Positions 53,850 through 64,000 of a stretch of 64,000 bases of DNA are shown here, piece after piece. Below the pieces are notes generated by a model, which ran no database searches, was not told the origin of the DNA, and saw only the letters and a program-made list of their open reading frames with translations. The stretch comes from Vicugna vicugna (lineage: Eukaryota), in the NCBI GenBank assembly GCA_013265495.1, contig MU058034.1:124001-188000 (forward strand), written 5' to 3'. Position numbers and translations under genes: made by a program. Position 1 is the first letter of the stretch. Each line of letters opens with the position of its first letter.

Positions 53850-54330
53850 AATGATGACATTCCCAGATAGCTCTCTTAAACTCCAGGCTTTTGTACAAAA
53901 ATCTTGAATATCCCCTATTGGATACCCCACAGGGATTGTAACCATAGCACATCCAAAATTGGTATGTCTAAAATGTTCCTCAGAAATATGCCTGATTTTG
54001 CTTTTTCCCAGTGTAGGCTGCAGTAGCAACATATAGCCAGTGATAAAAATGTGAAAATCTAAAATCGTTCTGTATGCTTTCCCAGTTTTCAGATCTAATC
54101 ATTAAATTCTCTTGCTTTTATTGGCCATCTCCCTTGCATATGACCCCTCTTCTCTGTGCCCTTGCATCTTCCTTAACTTCTTGATGTCACATGCCTAGAT
54201 TGTCATAGGAGCCTCTTACTGATCTCAGTGACCTCAAGATGTCATCAGATCCTATGTATTTTGCACCCAACTGCCACAGGAATCATTCTAAACTCAAATC
54301 TGATTTTGTTGCTTCCTTGGTTTTAAATTT
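53850..54330 (+). mobile_element. L2 fragment
   Basis: ccagatagctctc...ctccag...gcacatccaaaattggtatgtctaaa...tcacatgcctagattgtca. Confidence 0.55.
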
Positions 54331-56659
54331 CATCATTCATGAAAACAGTGATTAGTTCTGCCATATTCATGTTGTTGATAATGCTTGCATAGTATTAGCA
54401 GTGGTACATGGGGCTGGCCCCCCCCTCCAGGAATCTTTTAAAGCTACCTGTACACTTTTTGAAAGTTAGTCTCATAATGTAGTCTATAATTTCATTTAAC
54501 TAAAAAACACTGGATCATGAAGCTTTCACTTACATTACCATCAAATATATGAACAATCTACCAGTCTCTTCTTTAAATCTTACAGCATTTTTTTTCCTCC
54601 CTTATCCTTATGGCGATTATTGCTTTACCCCAAATTAGGAGACTAGCAGCCCCTCAGCAGAATCTGGTACCCATATATATTTAAAAGTATTGCGCTATAA
54701 TTTTTAAATCATGAGGTTGTAAATTAAAATTGTGATTTCTAGCTTATCTTGAAAAAAATGGAAAGTTAGAAGTACTGTATACACTTTCCTATAAGATAGT
54801 GATTGTTTGAAGCTGAGGGGCTTTTGCCCCTTTGAAACATCCTAACAGCTCTATTTGTCCTCAGTTTACCAAGATAGCTCCATTCTTCCAGTATCCTGCA
54901 CACCCAGTTTCTTAAGGCATTTGGGTTTTGGACCCCTGCTCTACTATGGTGGTTGTATCCTGCCCAGTATGAAAGGGGAAAGTCCAGTGACTTTGTCAAC
55001 TTTGTAACACCTTCACTCTTTACCGTGGTGTTTGTCTTACTTTGACTGGTCAGTAAGTTAGTTTTGGTACAGTTGCATGATATATAGAAATGAAGTACTA
55101 CAAAATCTTTCCAGGCTGCCTGCAAGAATGCTTTTGTTTCTCAACTTGTTCAACTAGCTTGTGTTCCTTGATCATTGGTTTAGTTAACCACCTGCATGTT
55201 TGTTTTTCTGTTTATCCTACCTTGCCTGCTTTATTTCATTCATGTTAATGCTTTTTCTCCAAAAACACACTAGTAAGCATCCATTGCTGAATAATTCCAA
55301 TAAACATATGTGGAAAATTATTTCTGCATCCTTTTATTGCAATAGTAATTAAATAATTAAATATGTAGGTAACATAGTAGCATTATTGGCAATAATAAAC
55401 TTCCCCAAACACTAATTTTAGGCCATATTAAGTTAGACTCCATTGGAACTTTATTAATGTCTGTAGTTAGGGTCAGCATAGACCAAAGAGTCTCCAGTGG
55501 CTGCTAGGGAGAATTAATCTTCTAGATGCAAAAGATGGTAACATTAATGGCTTATGCTAAGAGGGACTGAGGCTTCAATGTCCCTTGACTAAACTGCAAG
55601 GATGTGTTTCTTATATGCGTATCATCAGCAAGTCTCTTTGCAGCACCACCTGCGCCCACCTCTCTAAATTCAGAGAAGTTTCAACAGCTTGGGTCTCTGA
55701 AAAGGTATTTGGAAGATTTCCCAGGTTGTGTGCTGCATAAGCTGGCGGCAGTATAGTGATAATTAATAAAGTGCCAGACTGGATAATTGTAGGAATTGTA
55801 AAAGATACTCAAATGTTGTTACCAGAGGCACAGAAGCACCTGGGAACGTGTGAAGTTAATTTGCGTGAACAACATCACATGAGAGTGGATGGGGACAAGG
55901 GAGGTGAGATTTTCTTTAAATAATTCAGACTTCAGAGAGGGTAGCTCTCCAAAAAAAAGAAAGTAGGGAAAGAGGAAAGGGAGAGAGAGAGAGTGGGGAG
56001 GGAGGAAGGAAGACCTCCCCACTAAGGATGCCAGCTTCAAGTCCTGAGACCAGAACCTCCCACTGGTGAGGTAGTGCAGGTCTTGCTTACGAAAGGAGTT
56101 CCTCCTGTATTCTTCCATTACGTATGCTTCTCTGTGACCTTAGAAAAGCTTAACTGTGATATTAGAGTTTTCTTATCCCCGTAGGACTGGAATGATGGCA
56201 TTGCCCTTTTAACCAATTTTTAAATAACAATAAACCTCCTCTTCCTGTGTAACAATCCACCTCCTGCTACTGCAAAGTTGAGTGAGATAACTTTGTGTTG
56301 TCACCCTGAATTCCCCATAGACTAATATTTATCAAGTTTCAATATCCAATAAGTTAATGAGAGAAAAAGAAAGGGTAAGAATGAGGATACCTACCTCCCA
56401 ATTTTGTTGTGGGGAGGATTATTGAGAACTACAGAATTTGAAGCAGTTTACAGAGTTTGTGGTAGATGACAGATCAATGGTAGCTCCACTGTTGTTTGTT
56501 GCGGTTATTTTCATTATTATTGACATGGGTTTTTTGAAAAAAATGAAAAGCAAAATCTTTGAGATGAATTATTGGCAGTGATTATTCTGACCTTCTTCTA
56601 AAGTGGATGATACAGGATAAATGTACGTAGGCGAAACCTCTTTTTAAGTCAACATTACC

Positions 56660-57273
56660 TGAGATCCCAGGCTGCCTGCATCTGTATCTGACTTGGTTCT
56701 CACAATCCCCCTTCAGATTTGATGATTTGCTAGGATGACACAGAAAGAGCTATACTTACAATGACTGGTTTATTATAAAGAAAACAAATGAAAAGCCAGA
56801 TGAAGAGGTAGTAAGCAGGGTGAATTGAGAACGGTCCCAAGCACAGTCTCCATCTCGGTGGAGTTGGTATGTGCCCCTTCCCGCTACACTGATATGTTTA
56901 TTAACAGGGAAACTTCTGCAAATCTCATCGGTCAGAGGTTTTTATTGAGGACTGGTTATCTAGTTTGATTGATTGAATCATTGGTCATGTAACTGGACTC
57001 CATCTCCAGCCCCTCCACCCTCCCTGACCTCCAGTAGGATTCAAAGTCATAACTCTGTAATCAGGTGGTTAGTTTCTCTCCAGAAGCTATCTAGCCACTC
57101 TCCTCCAGCCCCTAGTTTTTGAATCATCTCATTAACATGACCCATGTGTGGTCAAAGGGGACTTGTTATTAATCACAAAAGACCCTTCTATCACTTAGGA
57201 AGTTCCAGGTGTTTTAGAAACTCTGCACTAGGAACCAGGGAAAAAGACCAAATATATTTTTTATTATTCCACA
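56660..57273 (-). mobile_element. MER21-like LTR
   Basis: ctggtttattataaag...gccagatgaagag...ggaaccagggaaaaagaccaaatatatttt...ccaca. Left boundary approximate. Confidence 0.75.
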
Positions 57274-58229
57274 CAAACTTTGCCCAGTATTGGTTCGTCT
57301 GAGTTTCTTATCCTTTGCATTGAGTTTGGAAATTTACAAGTACTGAAACCTTGACGTTTCTATTCTTAGAGAAGAGTGTTGTGGAAACTGCCCCGGCATA
57401 AGTTGTACACTATTATTTATACTTGTATTTCTTTGCAAAAACCATACAAATTAGTTTGCTTAAAATACATATGCAGTTTTTATTGTATTTTGTAAGCTTT
57501 TTATGCATCAACTCATTTTGCTTGCCTTCTCTTTAGATATGATATTACAAATAATCTCTATCTCAAAGCCGTTTTTCCACTCTCAATGTATTTATCCTTC
57601 ACTTTATTTTCTATTCTTTCTAACATCACATCTATTCAAAGGTAAAATTAAAGGCTCAAAATCAATCATTTACAGTGTGGTTGTTTATATTTATATACTA
57701 TATTTATCCAGTATAATCAATTATGTATTGGATTCTAATCTGCTTCACTCTAGGGGTTTCCTTTAAGGAGATTTTTGTCTTTAGTGTGTGTCTTTTTAAA
57801 AATATAAATACACAACATGTGAAAACACCAAAGTGCAGAGACAGAAAATCATGACACTGAAGAATTTTGCTATTTCTTTTCCTCTTGATTAATCCAACAT
57901 GCAAATATAAAAGCAATTTGGTTACTTAAGAAGTTTAGTTGTGTTTTGCTTTTTATTCTTGTAATGAAAATATTAATGTAGTCTTTGATAACATGTGGAG
58001 GAGATATGCTAGTAAATTTGTTCTTAATGAAATGTCTAATACAGCCCCTCCAAGTTTTTATACCCATCTATTTAATCACATATATGCATACTTATAATAG
58101 GAATAAGAATGCCTATTTCACAGTGTTAAGAGGGAAATGAATATCTTTATTTGGTATTTACATATCCAAATGCATATTAATCTTTCTGTTATTAAGCTTT
58201 TACAGATTTGTTTGTTTGTTTGTTTTTAG

Positions 58230-58304
58230 GTAACCTTCAAAGCATCAAGACATTCAGTTTCACCAGATTTAAAATATGTTCTTCTGGCATATGATGTCAA
58301 ACAG
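58230..58304 (+). CDS. DPP10: DPP10 internal coding exon (75 bp, ~exon 5)
   Basis: Acceptor tttgtttttag, donor CAG|gtaaag. Translates VTFKASRHSVSPDLKYVLLAYDVKQ, the in-frame continuation of the previous exon in recalled DPP10. Confidence 0.96.
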
Positions 58305-59461
58305 GTAAAGGATCTTCTTCGAATTTTTTTTTTCCTTTGTGATTCATTCAGATGACAGTTCATAGTTTTTCTTGATTATCTTCTCACCTAGAGAAAATTT
58401 GTCCTGTCCAATAGCTGCAGGGGAACACTCCTAACCAATGCTGCATGAGAGAGTTTTGGCGACAATGTCCTTTCTTCCACCCCTAGCTGGCAAATAACTG
58501 GAGCCAGCTAGGTGCCTGTGCTGGTCCAAGTCTATCTCTTTGAGAAGGGAGTGTGGCAGCATTTAGCAAATCCACAAAAAATGGTGGCTTTTGACATTTT
58601 CAGGATAAGCATGACTATCTACTTGAGTGTTGCATGTGTGTGTGGATTAAAGGGTTTCCTAATGGTTGTTCCCTGAGCTGCAGGGTGTAGTGTGGGAAGG
58701 AACTAGTGAAAACACTATGGACAATGGATTCTTTGGTGGTATTTGAGCATAAGCCTTGTGGTTGTAGAATATTCTGAAAATGGGGCAAGGCAAGGAATCG
58801 ATTCTGAACAAATGAAATGTTCTAATTGCAATTAGTGTTTCATTTTTCCACGTCAGTCCTACAGTACAGTGAAAACATTATGTATGGTTGTTAAGTATTT
58901 TGCACTTGGATATAATTTGCATTGTTAAAAAAGCAAAGTAAATGTTGAAAAGGTATTTCAGCAGGTTAGTTTCTGCTGAAAATAAATGATTGGAAGTTAT
59001 TCAAGAAAGTTTTGTGTGCTTTAAGGCAGACACTAAAATTTTATAGACTTAAATCAGGAAGCCTCATATAATGCATTGAAAGCCTTTGAGCACATGAAAT
59101 TTTACAGTTCAAAGAACCTTCTGTTTGATGGTTTTAGTCTTTTGAAATATACATGTCCTATATTTTTAGACAAGTTTATATTTGTTTTTTAAAATAATTA
59201 ATTTACACTACAAAAAGCAGAGAGATGGTAATCAAAGACATCTTTTCCTATTATAAATTTTGGCCCTTTTCCTTTACCTTTGTTCTGTGTTCTATTTATT
59301 GAGATTTGGAAAATCCCACCTAATAGGAAAAGTGCTTGAGTTTTATAAACAAAAATATTACAATATCTCCAAAAGTTTTAAAAATAATATTATTCATCTA
59401 AGGAGTTCTAATTTAAAATGACTGTTGCATTAAATTGACAATGAACGTAAAAAAATCAAGT

Positions 59462-59815
59462 TTTAGTAGCTACAATAATTACGAACTAGCAAAGAGGTAG
59501 ACACGTAGACCAGTGAAATGGAGTAGAGAACCCAAAAATAGATCCACACAAATATGCCTGATTTTTGACAAAAGTGCAAAAGCAATTCAATGAAAGAAAG
59601 GTTGTATTTTGAACAAGTGGTACTGGAGCAATTGGACATCCATGGGCAAAACAAACAAGCAAAACCCCAGAAATACCCTGACCTCAGCCTCACACTAAAT
59701 AAAAGCTCAAAATGGATTATGGATTCAGTTGTAAAATACGAATCTATAGAACTGATGGGAAAAAATACCAGAGAATCTGTCATATCTATAGCTAGGAAGA
59801 GTCCTTAAACTGTAT
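59462..59815 (+). mobile_element. L1 ORF2 fragment
   Basis: gaacccaaaaatagatccacac...ttttgacaaaagtgcaaaagcaattcaatg...aactgatgggaaaaaata. Confidence 0.75.
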
Positions 59816-60193
59816 ATCAAATGAATCACCCTCGCAGTGATATTGTGAACATATAATGGTATAGCTATACTCTGAAATACAATATACAAAATTAGCTTAA
59901 CCTTGGATATTTTAGCAAAATATGTCAGGAGGTTGTGATGATATAATTAACACCAAAAACATACACCCATGGACTAATCTTAATATACCCCCTTTTTTAT
60001 TTTTGCTTAATTTCAGAAAGAATAAAGATGCTTTATGACATATCAGTCTCTGGAAGTGAGAGAAAGCTATTATTTTAAGAATTTAAAAAATTATCAAACT
60101 AAATTCTACGGTTTTATACCATTTCATATATTCTTATTTATTTATCATCTATTAGATACAAACTGCTGGGCTGGACATTTTGCAGGGGATGTT

Positions 60194-60231
60194 TGTGTGT
60201 GTGTGTGTGTATGTGTGCATGCATATGTACA

Positions 60232-60262
<31 letters not shown>

Positions 60263-60263
60263 G
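60194..60263. repeat. (TG)n...(CA)n inverted microsatellite
   Basis: 70 bp of uninterrupted purine/pyrimidine alternation with self-complementary arms. Confidence 0.9.
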
Positions 60264-61277
60264 ATTGTTATTTCCCCTTCAGAAACATACGATCAGGTAG
60301 TGGTGATAGGACTCAAACACTTACATTTAGCATATATAGCACTGAAGGAGTGCTGTAGGAGTGGTAATATTAAATAATAGAAAAAATTCCATTCAAGATA
60401 ATCATGTTGGAGAAGGAGTCATATATTCGGTTCTGAAGGTTAAATAAGTGAAGCTAAGTAGAGGAACTTTCCAGGTGGGCAGATTACATGTGACTTCATG
60501 GAAGCAGCATTAAATCTTTGAGGTACAGTAGTCGATTTCAGTGTAGCCCACAGGTTGACAATTTAGAGAGGGGAAAAACATACCTATAAATCTGGTTGAA
60601 CCTAAATTAAATAGAAAATAGTAGAAACTATCCTATTCTATGCGGTTTACACTGAGATAGCAACTTGGGGTCATTGATGGTTTTAGAGTAATTAAATGAC
60701 CACACCCTGTGTGGGTGTCAGTGTGTGTGTGCAGACACACATAATGCCCATTAATAAAAATGGGAAAAAAACAATCATACAAAATCCAACCACCCAAACA
60801 CGTCCACTGAAATTATTTTGGTGTGTTTTCTTCTTTTTTATGCTCCTATATATGTATATATATTTATGAAAGTAGAGAAACAAGAATTATCACATATTAA
60901 GCATGGTTTTAAGAAGACACTGTTAACCTGATTTCAAAGAGGAGAAAAGCCAGCCTCAGAAAAGCTGGAAAATGCAGGATCTGACAGACTTAGACATTTC
61001 CTCAAGGTCTTTCAAGTAGGTAGTCATAGCTGCACACTAGCAAGTTGGCTTGTGCAGTGATTTGTCTTTAATGTCATTCTATGGCAGATGAGCTGAACAA
61101 GAAAAAAACTCAAAGGCTGGTTTCCCATAACCACTCTCTATTGTTGGACCTTAGTTGTTTCCATGTTTAAAAAATGTTTTGAAACTGTTTTTGAGTATAT
61201 CCATTTTTTTCCTTGAATTGATATTTTTATGGGATCCATTTCCACAAATGGAATTTCTCAATGAAAAGATACAGCAA

Positions 61278-62121
61278 TTTTAATTGAACTGAGGTTCACA
61301 ATAGCTAACACAAAATTAACTATTCTAAAATGTACAGTTCAGTGGCATTCAGTACATTCATGATGCTGTGCAAACACCGTCTCTATTTAGATCCAAAACA
61401 TTTTAACCATCCCAAAAGAAAACCCTGTGCCCATTAATCAGTTGTTCCTCATTCTTCCCTACCCGACCCTCTGATAATCACTAATCTGATTTCTGTCTGT
61501 GGATTCATTTATTTTGGGTATTTTACATTGGATATTTTACGTCAGTGGAATCATACGTACCTTTTGTCTGGCTTCTTTTTCTGGCTTCTTTTTATCCACA
61601 TGGTTTATCCACATGTGTATCAGTACTTCATCCCATTTTTTATGATTGAATAGTCTTTCATTGTATGTCTGTACCACATTTGTTTATCCATTGATCCATT
61701 GAAGGATATTGGGTTTATTTCCACATTTTGGCTATGATGAATAGTGCTGCTGTGAACATTTGTGCACAAGAATTTTTCTGAGTACCTAATTTCAACTTTG
61801 AAGGTGCATATTGAGGTGTGGTGTTGCTGGGTAATTCTATGTTTATCTTTTTGAGGAACCACCAAACCACTTTCTAAAATGGCTTTCCTATTTTACATTC
61901 CCATTGGCAATGTGTAAGTGTTCTAATTCCTCTGTATCCTGCCCCATAGTTGTTATTTCCATTTTTCTTTTTATAGCTATTCTAGTATGTATGAATTGGC
62001 ACCTCATTGTGTTTGTTGTATACCTCCCTAATTAGGCTAATGATGTTAAACATATTTTCATTTTCATATGCTTGCTGGCCTTTTGTATTTCTTCTTTGGA
62101 GAAATGTCTATTCAAGTCCAT

Positions 62122-62170
<49 letters not shown>

Positions 62171-62505
62171 TAATTGAGTTTAAGAACTGTTTATGTATTG
62201 TGGATAGTAGACCCTTATCAAATATATGATTTGCAATTATTTTATTGCACTCAGTAGATTGCCTTTTCACTTTTTTGATAATATCTTTTGATGCATAAAT
62301 TTTAAAATTTCTGACGAAGTATGATTTATCTATTTTTTCTCTGATTATGCATGCTTTTGGTACCGTACCTAAGAATACATTGCTATATTTAAGGTCATGA
62401 AGTTTTACCCCTGTGATTTCTTCTAAGAGTTTTATGGGTCTAATCCTTGTATTTAGTCTGTTTATATATTTTGAATTATTTTTTTTATTTGAAATTGGAG
62501 TTTGG
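61278..62505 (-). mobile_element. Old L1 (L1MA/MB-like) 3' portion with internal T44
   Basis: tgtacagttcagtggcattcagtacattca...gtaccacatttgtttatccatt...tggagaaatgtctattcaagtcc...agacccttatcaaatatatgatttgca. Confidence 0.88.
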
Positions 62506-62729
62506 GTATAAAATGTTTTAAGGCTCCTATTATAAATTGAAAGACTGTTTTGCAAAATGGTTGTGTTGGTTTATACAGCCCTTTGGCAATGCATACCATC
62601 TTAGATTACCATCTTTACCAACAAAAAACTGTATCTTAAAGAGTAACTATTAAATTGATAGATTATATATAACTTGACTACTAATTGAATGCATAAACAC
62701 CCACATGTGCATACATACACATGCACACC

Positions 62730-63220
62730 ATTCAATAAATTACCCAAAACTTAGTCACTTTAAAGAAACCATTGACTGTTGCTCACAGTTTGTGTGTGTC
62801 AGGCATTTGGGATTGGCTTAGGTGGTTGGTTCTTGCTCAGGACTTTTCATGACCAGGTGTCAGCAGGGGCTGTAGTCATCTGACGGCTTGACTGAGGCTG
62901 GAGGATGTACTTTCAAGGTAGATCACTTCCATGAATGGGTCATTGGTGCTTGCTGATGACAGGAGACCTCAGGTTTCTCCATGTGGAACTCTCTACTGTA
63001 CTGTGAGTGTCCTCCTAACATGGTACTTGGATTGTCCCAAAGTGAGTAACGTAGAAGGTAAAAACGAAAACTTCAGTACCTTGTATGATCTATCTTTGAA
63101 AGTCACCTATTGCTTTCACAGTATTTCTTTTTGTTGCACAAGTTAGTTCTAATTTAGTGTTGGAGAGAACTACCAGGAAGTGAGGATTTGGGGAGCCCAT
63201 CTTAGAGACTGACTAACATA
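62730..63220 (-). mobile_element. MaLR LTR (MLT1E/F-like), followed by probable internal sequence to ~63370
   Basis: aattacccaaaacttagt...ggggctgtagtcatctgacggcttgactgaggctggagga...gcccatcttagagactgactaaca. Confidence 0.75.
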
Positions 63221-64000
63221 GTCCTCAGATATTTCATATCCATCCTACATGCAAAGTATACTCACTGTTTCCAAGGCCCCCAAACGTTTATCCATTACTG
63301 TCCAGCATTTTAATCAAGCAGATCAGATCAGCCTCCTTAGACATGGTTTCTTGGCTGCAGTCCTTTGAGTATATTTGTATGATCATATATAAAGTTGAAT
63401 CTAGTCAAAATATGAACATGTATCTTAATATATATTTAAATGCGAGTTTGACTAATATTCTCAGAGTTTTTTTCAGTGAATAACATTTTTTTACTCCATT
63501 TATCTTTTGTAATCATCGAATTTTTGTAAACATCCGTGTGTATAATTCAATTATTAGCTTTATTATTCTTTAAATATATCACTATTTTTTAGCTTTAGTT
63601 ATTTTTTGACTTGGAGAAATGAATTTTGTGATAAAGTTTCTCTTTCACTTTGTTGTGTTTACTTTTGTTCTAGGCTTAGAAAAATGCCCACCAATATAAT
63701 AAATATCTAATTGTACTTTTTTCTACTTTTATATATTTTATGCATAAACATTGATTCTATTTGCAATTGTTTATAGTGACAAGTGATCAAAACCTCTCTT
63801 TCTAATGATCATAATAATGGATTTTTCCACTTCATTTTTCATATGAGTAAATGTAATCATAGCCAGTCACCTGGGAAGACTCCAAAGGAATATTTCTGAT
63901 GTAGTATTAGAAAAAAGCACAAAACACAATTGAGAAATGTGAACTGATTCCTGGGATGCCATACATGTCCTCAGTTTCCCCATGGCTACAGTGAAGAAAA

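Larger units (their letters stand above)
39711..58229 (+). other. DPP10: DPP10 intron (18.5 kb, GT-AG, phase 0)
   Basis: Lies between two exons that join in frame (ENTTF|VTFKA). Confidence 0.9.

Noticed and set aside
249..63146. ORFs in the supplied six-frame track as protein-coding genes
   Set aside because: They are short, often use non-ATG starts, are low-complexity or lie in repeats. A few are decayed L1 ORF2 pieces (for example 24198, 25132, 62112). The real DPP10 exons are not in the track.

Overview
AT-rich, CpG-depleted mammalian genomic DNA, most likely from a camelid, judging by recalled Vic-1-like tRNA-derived SINEs and cetartiodactyl-type L1 ends. The window lies inside DPP10 (dipeptidyl peptidase-like 10, an auxiliary subunit of Kv4 channels) on the + strand. 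Two small coding exons are visible, 39616-39710 and 58230-58304, matching human exons ~4 and ~5 from memory; neither appears in the supplied ORF track. Everything else is intron, dense in transposon relics (L1, L2, MIR, MaLR/ERVL/ERV1 LTRs, hAT MERs, SINEs) and microsatellites. The listed ORFs look like chance frames or decayed L1 fragments. The most interesting observations are: two apparent mRNA retrocopies of unknown parent (~1.4 kb at 1882 and ~170 bp at 5681); a recent 403-bp tandem duplication inside an old MLT2 LTR; an old ~105-bp direct repeat; rearranged L1s; and latent alternative splice acceptors at both exons (one would delete a glycosylation sequon, the other would add a stop). 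I see no convincing novel multi-gene system. Repeat family names are from recalled consensus sequences, not database searches, and most repeat boundaries are approximate.
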